The position numbers and the translations under genes were made by a program. Source: a virus. Taken from it: a stretch of 25,701 nt of DNA. The notes beneath the pieces were generated by a model, which was not told the DNA's origin, did not search any database, and was given only the letters and a program-made list of their open reading frames with translations. This document shows, in pieces, positions 8,624 through 16,067 of this stretch (the stretch's first letter is position 1; every line of letters starts with the position of its first letter). Location of the stretch: IMG/VR virus record IMGVR_UViG_3300033141_000944, positions 1 through 25,701 of that record. The stretch is one strand, 5' to 3'.

Positions 8624-9520
8624 CTATCGCCCAGAATTTCTATACTTGAAACCGCCGCCTGTAGCGATCGGCTTATTACTCTTGCTTTGCCCGTTGTTGC
8701 CTGCGGGCTTACGCTCTGGCTTAAAGTTTCCAAGTCCGCTACTAGCAGGCTTGCCGCCATCGTCGTTAATCTTGAGAATCTTGTGCGTTGCCGCTCCTTG
8801 CTTGTATACATCGGTATACGATAGCGATTCCCCGTGCTTCTTAGGGTCAGATACCAACTCTCCGTCCAGACCTCTGATCTCAAGGCCGTAACTAACCTTG
8901 CCTTCATCGTCGGTCGTCTTTTTCAAAGAAGTCTTATACGTCTCGTTCATCTCCGCAAAGAACCCTTTTACCTGCAATTTGTTTGCGTTAGGGTCTAATC
9001 CTAGCTTTGCGTGTGCGTCGTTACGCAACTGATTAAAGATAAACGACTCTTTTTCTTTCTGTGCCCCCGCAATCAAACCGTCTTTCTCCTCAATAGTGCC
9101 CTTAAGCTGAGTGTTGATATTCGTGAGGTCTTGAAGATTCTTTTTTAAATCATGAATCTCCGCAATCTTAGCTTCGAATTCTTTTGTTTGATCTGGGTTG
9201 CCTTTGCTTGCCGCTTCAAGTTTACCTGTAAGCTCCGTAATTTGGTTCTGAAAGTATTGTACCCCCGACTCCATTACGTCCTCCCAGCGATCTGCTTTGC
9301 CGTCTGGAAATACAACGCCAGCATCCTTAAAGGTTTTCTTTGCTGCCGTCTGGTTCGATCCCAAACGCTTTCCGATTAAGTCACGCACTACCTTATGGTC
9401 GCCCGCGTCTTTCACGTTAATTAGGTTTTCTGACCCCCACTTCTGTAGGTCGTCTGCTGTTGTTTCGTCTGTTAAGTCAAAACCTAAGTACTTAACAAAA
9501 TTTACTGCTGCTTCACTCAT
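8624..9520 (-). CDS. Capsid scaffolding protein (298 aa)
   Basis: Central coiled coil (EFEAKIAEIHDLKKNLQDLTNINTQLKGTIEEKDG) and low-complexity G/K/N/P C-tail; directly upstream of the capsid gene. Confidence 0.75.
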   Translation of the reverse strand: MSEAAVNFVKYLGFDLTDETTADDLQKWGSENLINVKDAGDHKVVRDLIGKRLGSNQTAAKKTFKDAGVVFPDGKADRWEDVMESGVQYFQNQITELTGKLEAASKGNPDQTKEFEAKIAEIHDLKKNLQDLTNINTQLKGTIEEKDGLIAGAQKEKESFIFNQLRNDAHAKLGLDPNANKLQVKGFFAEMNETYKTSLKKTTDDEGKVSYGLEIRGLDGELVSDPKKHGESLSYTDVYKQGAATHKILKINDDGGKPASSGLGNFKPERKPAGNNGQSKSNKPIATGGGFKYRNSGR

Positions 9521-9521
9521 A

Positions 9522-9896
9522 TTATTCTGTTAATTTTGCCTTAATCTTTGTAATCAGTTTCACTTCCCCTGTGTTGCTATGGTTGCCTTTCAATGAAAGT
9601 GACTTTGCAAGCGATACCCAGTCATCCCGCTCATACTTTTCCTGAAGCTCTTCCACTCCCATGCTTAGCACGTCCTCGCGAATGTCTTTAATCTCTTCCT
9701 TGAATTCAGGAGTTACCACATCTACTTCTATCTCTGCAACTGGTGGCGTGGGATTAACTGCTGGTTCACTAAGTGCTGGAACTAAACGCAAGTTATGCTT
9801 GTGCATATAAGCCGCGTTATTAGCAAGACGGTCAGAGATGCCGATAATACGCTCGGCGCCGTCCTTGTCTGTTCTGATTACTTTTACCTGTTTCAT
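9522..9896 (-). CDS. Hypothetical protein with P/V-rich linker and small helical C-domain (124 aa)
   Basis: First gene after the promoter at 9902-9933; the C-terminal helices resemble HeH/Rho-N-like domains (tentative). Confidence 0.65.
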   Translation of the reverse strand: MKQVKVIRTDKDGAERIIGISDRLANNAAYMHKHNLRLVPALSEPAVNPTPPVAEIEVDVVTPEFKEEIKDIREDVLSMGVEELQEKYERDDWVSLAKSLSLKGNHSNTGEVKLITKIKAKLTE

Positions 9897-9901
9897 AATA
9901 A

Positions 9902-9933
9902 CAAATATAGTTTATTCATGTTTAAATATCAAA
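9902..9933 (-). promoter_or_regulatory. Bacteroidota-type promoter for the scaffold/capsid block
   Basis: TTTG (9933-9930), 20 nt, TATATTTG (9909-9902); ATG only 5 nt further on, so the leader is very short or absent. Confidence 0.7.
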
Positions 9934-9962
9934 TACTTAGCAAGTCTACCTAAAGTAAAGGT

Positions 9963-10904
9963 TTAAGCCACTAGCCCAAACTCGTCTATCTCGGTTTGTG
10001 TTGGGGTGTAATTGCCATTGTTAATATTCCGCTGTATTACGCTCTTTGGCACCTTGAAAATAGACACAGGCATCAAAGAATGATTGCAATTATACCCACC
10101 GCAAAAGCTAAATATTGTCGTTGAGGTGGTTAAAGGCCGTTGCCCTTGCCACTTTTTACTTGGATCGGGGTTTCCTGCCCCTCTTTGTTCGTTTGTAACC
10201 CATAGCTCTACTTCTTTTTTATGAAAATACTTTCCGTCCCGAGCCTCACAGAACTTGCGTGTGTCCTTGACTCGCCCTCCTGTGTAGAAATACCACTCTA
10301 CGCCCTGTAGGTTGGCGCTCTGCTGTGTAAACTCTCTATCTGATGTTGAGAATTGATCTCGTATATTGTTCTCTCTACTTGTGTAGCTTGATAAAGCCCC
10401 TAGCCTATCATCGTTGCCAGTTATCAAAACGCTCATATTAGCAAAGAGGTCTTCTAATAGTCCGTTCTGGCTTACCGCGTTATCCATTAACGCCTTTATA
10501 GGGCTAAACAATGGCTTATTTAAGCTATCGCCAACCAACAATAATAATGAAGCGTCGCGACTGCTCTCAAAAACACCCTTACTAGCTGGCGTGCTTTTAA
10601 AATCGCCTATCTCTTCCTCGAATAATTGCTTGGTTAGTTTTGCTTGCTTGTCGAATTCACTACCAAAGTTCTTAACAATGTTGGTGTACCTGTCGGTCTT
10701 CATGAAACGGCGTATCTCGCCTAAGATACTATTAACCGTCTTTAGGTTTCCCGCCGTAGGCTTGATGCGGTCGTTCTTGATGTCTAGTTTGCCTAGTAAG
10801 GAATTGATTTTTGCCAATAATCGCGGCTCGAACTTAGCCAATGAGTCGTAGAAGTCCTGCGGTACGGTATCTAACCTATCTGCTTTTTCAGTAATCGCTG
10901 ACAT
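9963..10904 (-). CDS. Minor head protein, MuF/SPP1 gp7-like (313 aa)
   Basis: Follows portal; WYFYTGG..DTRKFC and GGYNCNHSLMPV motifs are characteristic of this family. Confidence 0.8.
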   Translation of the reverse strand: MSAITEKADRLDTVPQDFYDSLAKFEPRLLAKINSLLGKLDIKNDRIKPTAGNLKTVNSILGEIRRFMKTDRYTNIVKNFGSEFDKQAKLTKQLFEEEIGDFKSTPASKGVFESSRDASLLLLVGDSLNKPLFSPIKALMDNAVSQNGLLEDLFANMSVLITGNDDRLGALSSYTSRENNIRDQFSTSDREFTQQSANLQGVEWYFYTGGRVKDTRKFCEARDGKYFHKKEVELWVTNEQRGAGNPDPSKKWQGQRPLTTSTTIFSFCGGYNCNHSLMPVSIFKVPKSVIQRNINNGNYTPTQTEIDEFGLVA

Positions 10905-10906
10905 TA

Positions 10907-12793
10907 TTATACGTCAATTGGAGGTGCTATAGGTGCTTGTGCGTTTCTTGCCGACTCGGCCGCTTCTCTTGCTACCGCTTCAAGCTGCTCTACTTGGTCT
11001 GATAGTGGCAATTCTAGGAAATCAGGGTTGTCTCGTACCAGTTCTGACACAAACGATAGCCCCGAACGGTGCAAGATGATCTGCCAAGGCTCAATCTCAC
11101 CTCTACTAGCGCCCATATCAATGTCTTCTTGGCTTGCCGTAAGTAGTTTATCAGCGTCAGTGAGCAAGTTGAGCACCTTAATGCTTGAGTTTTCACCGTG
11201 GAACGCGCTCTTAATGTACATTCTAAGCAACTCAGCAATAACTGGGTACGGCACATTACCAGATTCTGAAGCCTCTTTGATGTCTGCCAAGTAATCCGAC
11301 TGCGTTTTGAAATCAAAGTCTTTAGGCTCGATGATGTCAGGCATATTAAAGCGGTTTTTATATCGCATAATGCCAGTCATTTTGAACAAAAACCGTACAA
11401 TCTGCCAAGTCTGACCCGATGGAGGTGCTACAAACGAAATCAAATTCTTTAAATCAAGCGCTTTAGCTGTAGCTGTGGCGTCTTCACGGCCCTTAGCTTC
11501 GCCCATAGTAGTATTGAGGTGTAGAAGCCCTCTAGCCTTGTTGATATTGTTTTCAACCTCTTCTCTAAGCATCTTAGGTGCGTCGAGCGGTGGAGCAACA
11601 AACTTAATAGGCTCTGTAATGTCTTTATCACCAGCAGGGTTGAACTGATCTGGCGGCGCAATTAACATCTCGCCAAATGGAGCCATACGGCTAATCATAC
11701 CCTGCCCGTTACATTTTGGGCAAATCTTATTATATTCATCCCCTTCTACTGTATGGCCTTTTAAATATCCTCCTGAGCATTTAACGTTGTAAGCCTCAGT
11801 AATTTCTTCGTATTCACACTGGCTGGCCAAAGTGATCTTATGAGGAAACACCACCTTAGCCTTAATCATCTGCAAGTAGCCGTTATCTAAAATAGCTTCC
11901 TCTAGCAGCGCTGTGCCTAGCATGAATGGGGACTGGTAAATAATCTGATTATCGTCAATACCTGCAACGCCCATGAGTTTAATAACTGGAACCTCCCCAG
12001 CCTCGTGCTCAAACCACGGTATTACGTTATATTCGTTGTCTTCTTTCTTGCCTACTTGGATAATACGGTAAATCCACTGATCGTCATATAGCTCATAGAT
12101 ATAACCGTCCTTGACTGGCTTTTTGTCAATTATCACAATTGACTTCTCAGGCGTCTCGATCATTGCGTAAACGCCGTCTTTATACCCTACCACTCGGTTA
12201 ATGTCGTAGTAGTAAGGGAGTGGTTCAGGCAAATCAACACCTGAAACAACCAATTCACCATCCTCGTTCTCTACTAATGGAATGTCTTTAGGGCGGACAG
12301 CAATAACGCCGTTAGCATCCTGAGCCTTGATTGTGGGCAAGAAATTACGAGCATAGTTCATCAGAGACCCATATTGGCCGTACTCCTTAGTTACATATTG
12401 CTCGTATGTTGTCTCAGTGTTTACAAAATCGTCATCCTCGGCCTTGTAAGAGATATTGAAATTACCCTGTATGAAACAACGTCCTACAGTATTAACGTAG
12501 TCCATCGCTACTGGACCTGTAATTAACTTGTAATTAGCCTTTAACCATTTCGCTTCCTTATCGGTTTGGTTTGGTGAGCGGTTCTCGAACAGTTGCATAG
12601 GCACTACTCGGTTATCAAAGTGCATGCGCACAGCGTCATACAGCCTAACCATGTAGTTGTAATTTGGATAGTACTCAGCTTTATATTCTTTGATATAAGC
12701 GTTCTTATCCTTTTTTAGCTCATTTTCACGCGCCTCACGTACTGTGATTGTATGATTGAGTAACGCTTCTATTTCCTGTCCTTCGAGTGCCAT
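10907..12793 (-). CDS. Portal protein (628 aa) with a CxxCxGxG insertion
   Basis: Size, position before MuF-scaffold-capsid, acidic low-complexity C-tail, and RGREDATATAKALD wing/clip-like segment. Confidence 0.8.
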   Translation of the reverse strand: MALEGQEIEALLNHTITVREARENELKKDKNAYIKEYKAEYYPNYNYMVRLYDAVRMHFDNRVVPMQLFENRSPNQTDKEAKWLKANYKLITGPVAMDYVNTVGRCFIQGNFNISYKAEDDDFVNTETTYEQYVTKEYGQYGSLMNYARNFLPTIKAQDANGVIAVRPKDIPLVENEDGELVVSGVDLPEPLPYYYDINRVVGYKDGVYAMIETPEKSIVIIDKKPVKDGYIYELYDDQWIYRIIQVGKKEDNEYNVIPWFEHEAGEVPVIKLMGVAGIDDNQIIYQSPFMLGTALLEEAILDNGYLQMIKAKVVFPHKITLASQCEYEEITEAYNVKCSGGYLKGHTVEGDEYNKICPKCNGQGMISRMAPFGEMLIAPPDQFNPAGDKDITEPIKFVAPPLDAPKMLREEVENNINKARGLLHLNTTMGEAKGREDATATAKALDLKNLISFVAPPSGQTWQIVRFLFKMTGIMRYKNRFNMPDIIEPKDFDFKTQSDYLADIKEASESGNVPYPVIAELLRMYIKSAFHGENSSIKVLNLLTDADKLLTASQEDIDMGASRGEIEPWQIILHRSGLSFVSELVRDNPDFLELPLSDQVEQLEAVAREAAESARNAQAPIAPPIDV

Positions 12794-12876
12794 TACGCAG
12801 CTTTCAAATAAGGTAGAATAATTGTGCTTTGACAGCCTGACTTTTTGCCGCCACAGCGCATCTTAATAATCTTCAT
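12793..12876 (-). CDS. 27-aa coupled mini-ORF (MKIIKMRCGGKKSGCQSTIILPYLKAA)
   Basis: ATG overlaps the GT stop (ATGA) and its TAA overlaps the portal ATG (TAATG); it fills the gap exactly. Confidence 0.6.
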   Translation of the reverse strand: MKIIKMRCGGKKSGCQSTIILPYLKAA

Positions 12877-14051
12877 ATCGTTGCAAAATTTTTCTGTTGT
12901 CCTTCGTGTACCGTCATCTTACGACCCAATGCCTTAGATAATTTCTTAGCCAATGACATTTCAGCGTCTCGGTTAACGTCGTCAAGTACAAATATAGCAT
13001 CCTTGTTAAATAGGTCTAGGTTCTCTATAAGTTTGCCTCGGTCGCAAATCCGAGCAGGAGGGCCGTCAATCAAATAAACATCTGCATTCTTAATGTCCTG
13101 CATCTTGTCTACGTCGTACCAGTCATCTACAATAGGGGCTAGTATGGTGTTTTTGTGTGATCTTAACCACTTAGGGTTATGCTCAATAGATGTTAGGTCA
13201 TAATTTTTAGCAATCTCACGAGACGCATTACCAGCACCCAGTTCAACTACCTTCCCTCCCTTAACGTTTCCAACTAACCATCGTAATAAATTCCACTCGA
13301 TAGATGCATCGCCTAGCTTGTTTCTGTCCGCACGTTGTGCTGGGAAGTGCTGTAGCTTAGGAATAGAATTGATAATATCGGTCTGTACCGAGTCGTCCTT
13401 AGCTACGCTTTTCCAAATAGCTAAATCCTGACTTCCTTTTTGCTCTATAATCCACGCTCTGTTACGTCTTAAAGTAATTTGCGGCAATGACAAATAGTGC
13501 AAGTGTCTAGCCATCTGTGGGTCTAGCATGTTCTTTTGATCCTTGAACAACTCCCAATCGAACTTCAATGTGTTGGTGTGGAACGCCATAGTTCCCGTTC
13601 CTAGCATGTGTACTGATTGAGTCTTATTCCATCGCTCGTAGCAGTAAAATATTTGGCGCGACTTGTCGCGGTAGTACGATTTAATAGGGTGTCTACGGTA
13701 GATTGTAGCGTGAACGCCTACAACAGCCTTACGATAGTGTAGGTCGATTTCGTTGGTCAAGTATGATACATAGTCCTTTGGATACTTTATATCGTCGTCC
13801 ATTGAAAAGTAATAGCCATCAACGTCCTTAGCTTTATAGAACTTGCCTAAGGCACGTAAATCTCCATCAGCTTCCGAGGATAAGATAGGCGTGATTTTCT
13901 CGTGTTTTAGAAACTCGGGAACCTTCTTGTAGTTGTTGAGGTATACGTAAATCTCGTCGAACTGGTCGATAATAGATTCAATGGTAACCTTTAGAAACTC
14001 CTCTCTCGCTGGATGCGAAGCTATACCGCCAATGACTTTACTTGTTCGCAT
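12873..14051 (-). CDS. GT-A (GT2-like) glycosyltransferase fused to class I SAM-dependent methyltransferase (392 aa)
   Basis: N-domain IASHPAREEFL..IYVYLN..YYFSMDDDIKYPKDYV (DxD); C-domain VVELGAGNAS, SIEHNPKW, YLIDGPP, VLDDVNR. Confidence 0.8.
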   Translation of the reverse strand: MRTSKVIGGIASHPAREEFLKVTIESIIDQFDEIYVYLNNYKKVPEFLKHEKITPILSSEADGDLRALGKFYKAKDVDGYYFSMDDDIKYPKDYVSYLTNEIDLHYRKAVVGVHATIYRRHPIKSYYRDKSRQIFYCYERWNKTQSVHMLGTGTMAFHTNTLKFDWELFKDQKNMLDPQMARHLHYLSLPQITLRRNRAWIIEQKGSQDLAIWKSVAKDDSVQTDIINSIPKLQHFPAQRADRNKLGDASIEWNLLRWLVGNVKGGKVVELGAGNASREIAKNYDLTSIEHNPKWLRSHKNTILAPIVDDWYDVDKMQDIKNADVYLIDGPPARICDRGKLIENLDLFNKDAIFVLDDVNRDAEMSLAKKLSKALGRKMTVHEGQQKNFATI

Positions 14052-14895
14052 GCTTGCTCTTTAGTAATGGGGCAACCTTATACATGTGTCGCGTGTTCAT
14101 TTGCTTGCAAATGTTTCGCATATGACGGTCGTACAACTCTTTATAGCGAACCTTAACAAGGCGCCGCCCTCCGTAGATAGCTAAAATATACCATCCCTCG
14201 AATACCTCGGAGATAGTCTCTTTGTTCTTCCATCCAAAATAGATATGTCTTCCACCATGAGCATCGGTGTTCATGCCTAGCTGCGCCATAGTGCCTGAGT
14301 AAATCAACTCATCTGGTATACTGCCTCCCCATCTCATTGTTAGCTTACGCTTGTCAAACTTCTTATCGTAGTTTTTAGCTACTTTATCGAAGAACGCTTT
14401 GGCCTCATCGCATTTTCTAACAAATACGTATGAGCTTTGAATTGCAGGCAATACCGCATCCTCTTCTAAGTCAAAGAACTCCCAAATATCATCATTGGTA
14501 GCCCAAATAGAGTAAGGTATGTCGTCTGATTTACCGCCTTTACCGTTGACTTGAGTATAGAACCAGCCTTCTTTGGCTGTTAACTCATCCATAAGCGGAT
14601 CGAGGGACTTTAATGCACATCCGTCAACATCTAAGTACAAGTTCTCCTCATAAGGCATGTATTTGTACATGTTGCACTTAATCTGTCCAGCATCTGTGTG
14701 TTTTTTTTGTAGAGGTACCAGCTTATCGAAAACGTCCCAATTCTCGGCTGGCATTGGCTTTAATTTGAAGTTATGAAGGTCATGCACCAAAGCTACCTTT
14801 AATTTAGAGGTAGCCTTGATGCTTAAAGCCATATTGTAGGCCATATTGTAATAGGCCCTGTCGCCAAAGGCGAAAAGTACAATTCCTTTGCTCAT
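14038..14895 (-). CDS. GT-A fold nucleotide-diphospho-sugar transferase (GT8/GT77-like, 285 aa)
   Basis: KGIVLFAFG..AYNMALSIK and YEENLYLDVDGC (DxD after a hydrophobic strand); TAATG-coupled to the major tail gene. Confidence 0.75.
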   Translation of the reverse strand: MSKGIVLFAFGDRAYYNMAYNMALSIKATSKLKVALVHDLHNFKLKPMPAENWDVFDKLVPLQKKHTDAGQIKCNMYKYMPYEENLYLDVDGCALKSLDPLMDELTAKEGWFYTQVNGKGGKSDDIPYSIWATNDDIWEFFDLEEDAVLPAIQSSYVFVRKCDEAKAFFDKVAKNYDKKFDKRKLTMRWGGSIPDELIYSGTMAQLGMNTDAHGGRHIYFGWKNKETISEVFEGWYILAIYGGRRLVKVRYKELYDRHMRNICKQMNTRHMYKVAPLLKSKHANK

Positions 14896-15437
14896 TATTG
14901 ACCGAAAATTCCAGCAGGTGCTGCGTGTAAGGTCGGATCAGTTTTTGATCTCCAACGCAATTCGCCCTCCCATTTTGACTGCTCGTTTTCTACGTCGTTA
15001 AACCCGCCAATAAGGCGTGAGTTACCTTGAATGAACTTTACTTGATCCGATTCGCAGTAGTACAACAATGCTCCACCGAACACTTTTCCGTTAGAGCTAT
15101 TCATTGCATTGTACGCATCGATGTTCAACGCATTAACGTTTCCATCAATCCAAGATATAGTACGATCATAGTTAGATACAGCGTCAGTTTCGCCTGCAAC
15201 CAAAGAAGCCTGTGAAATCTCACTAGGAGCATTCACAAGTACCTTAAGGCTTTTGTACAATACCGCGTCGCCAGCAGCAAGTAGAGCATTAATCTCCGTA
15301 TCGTCTGAAGGGTCTGTTGGTGTTGCACCACATTTGAATAGCATGACTTCAGGAACTACCCCAGTGAGAGGGTCACAGTCGATATTCAACACCTGCTCTT
15401 CGAGGTCGTCACACGTATAGCATGATTCGCATCCCAT
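14895..15437 (-). CDS. Major tail tube protein (180 aa)
   Basis: Size, acidic beta-rich sequence (SNYDRTISWIDG...SKWEGELRWR), own promoter and structured leader; Cys-rich N-terminus. Confidence 0.65.
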   Translation of the reverse strand: MGCESCYTCDDLEEQVLNIDCDPLTGVVPEVMLFKCGATPTDPSDDTEINALLAAGDAVLYKSLKVLVNAPSEISQASLVAGETDAVSNYDRTISWIDGNVNALNIDAYNAMNSSNGKVFGGALLYYCESDQVKFIQGNSRLIGGFNDVENEQSKWEGELRWRSKTDPTLHAAPAGIFGQ

Positions 15438-15464
15438 GATTGTAAATTATTAAATTCAAAAATC

Positions 15465-15500
15465 TTGGGTCACTATATGGCCTCCCAATCTAGGCCACCT
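15465..15500 (-). promoter_or_regulatory. Predicted H-type RNA pseudoknot in major tail gene leader
   Basis: S1 UGGCCU/AGGCCA; S2 UUGGG/CCCAA; 8-nt loop UAUAGUGA; 27 nt of A/U-rich sequence to the AUG. Confidence 0.6.
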
Positions 15501-15515
15501 AAAAGACGTGTGTAA

Positions 15516-15547
15516 CAAATATACTAATTACTAAATACTTACGCAAA
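15516..15547 (-). promoter_or_regulatory. Bacteroidota-type promoter for major tail-GT-portal block
   Basis: TTTG (15547-15544), 20 nt, TATATTTG (15523-15516). Confidence 0.7.
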
Positions 15548-15564
15548 CCACTTAAAGTAATGGT

Positions 15565-16065
15565 TTAACTGAAGTCTAGTATAGTGTACCATGTAATTAA
15601 CTCAAATTCGTTGGTTCCTACTGTGGGATTAGCGCCATTAACCTTGAAAACTAAAGAGTCGTTCTCTACAAATTTCTGCTGTGGTTTTCTGTCCGATTGC
15701 TCTACGTACTCTGTAATGCTTTGCGCGATAGCTAAATCAAATTCATGGAGCGCCTTAGTTCCTGTTGAGTGCCAAATTCCAGCTAAATCAGCGATAACAT
15801 AAGCGCCGCCGCCTCCAATGTTTCGAAGAACTGCAAAAACAGGATTGATAAACGTGTTGGCTCCTTGAGCTGGTAGAATCTCAATAGGTGTAGTCCCTGC
15901 CGCTAGGAATTGAGCCGAGCTGATCTGTGTTGTAATCTTAGAGTAGGTAACTAAATCAAGTGCATCGCCTTGGTAGTCTTTACCTGCTCTAACAATATGA
16001 GTAATATCCCCCGATTCTGGTGCTGACGGCAGGATATCTAATTGTGATAGTGATTTATCTGGCAT
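15565..16065 (-). CDS. Tail-associated structural protein (166 aa)
   Basis: N-terminal KSLSQLDILPSAPESGDITHIVRAG resembles the K-I-S-x-L-P..D...V fibre-attachment motif; the rest is beta-rich. Confidence 0.55.
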   Translation of the reverse strand: MPDKSLSQLDILPSAPESGDITHIVRAGKDYQGDALDLVTYSKITTQISSAQFLAAGTTPIEILPAQGANTFINPVFAVLRNIGGGGAYVIADLAGIWHSTGTKALHEFDLAIAQSITEYVEQSDRKPQQKFVENDSLVFKVNGANPTVGTNEFELITWYTILDFS

Positions 16066-16067
16066 AA

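Noticed and set aside
14701-14708. A8 tract in the glycosyltransferase as a phase-variation site
   Set aside because: Short run encoding Gln-Lys-Lys; expected by chance; needs read-level length variation to support.
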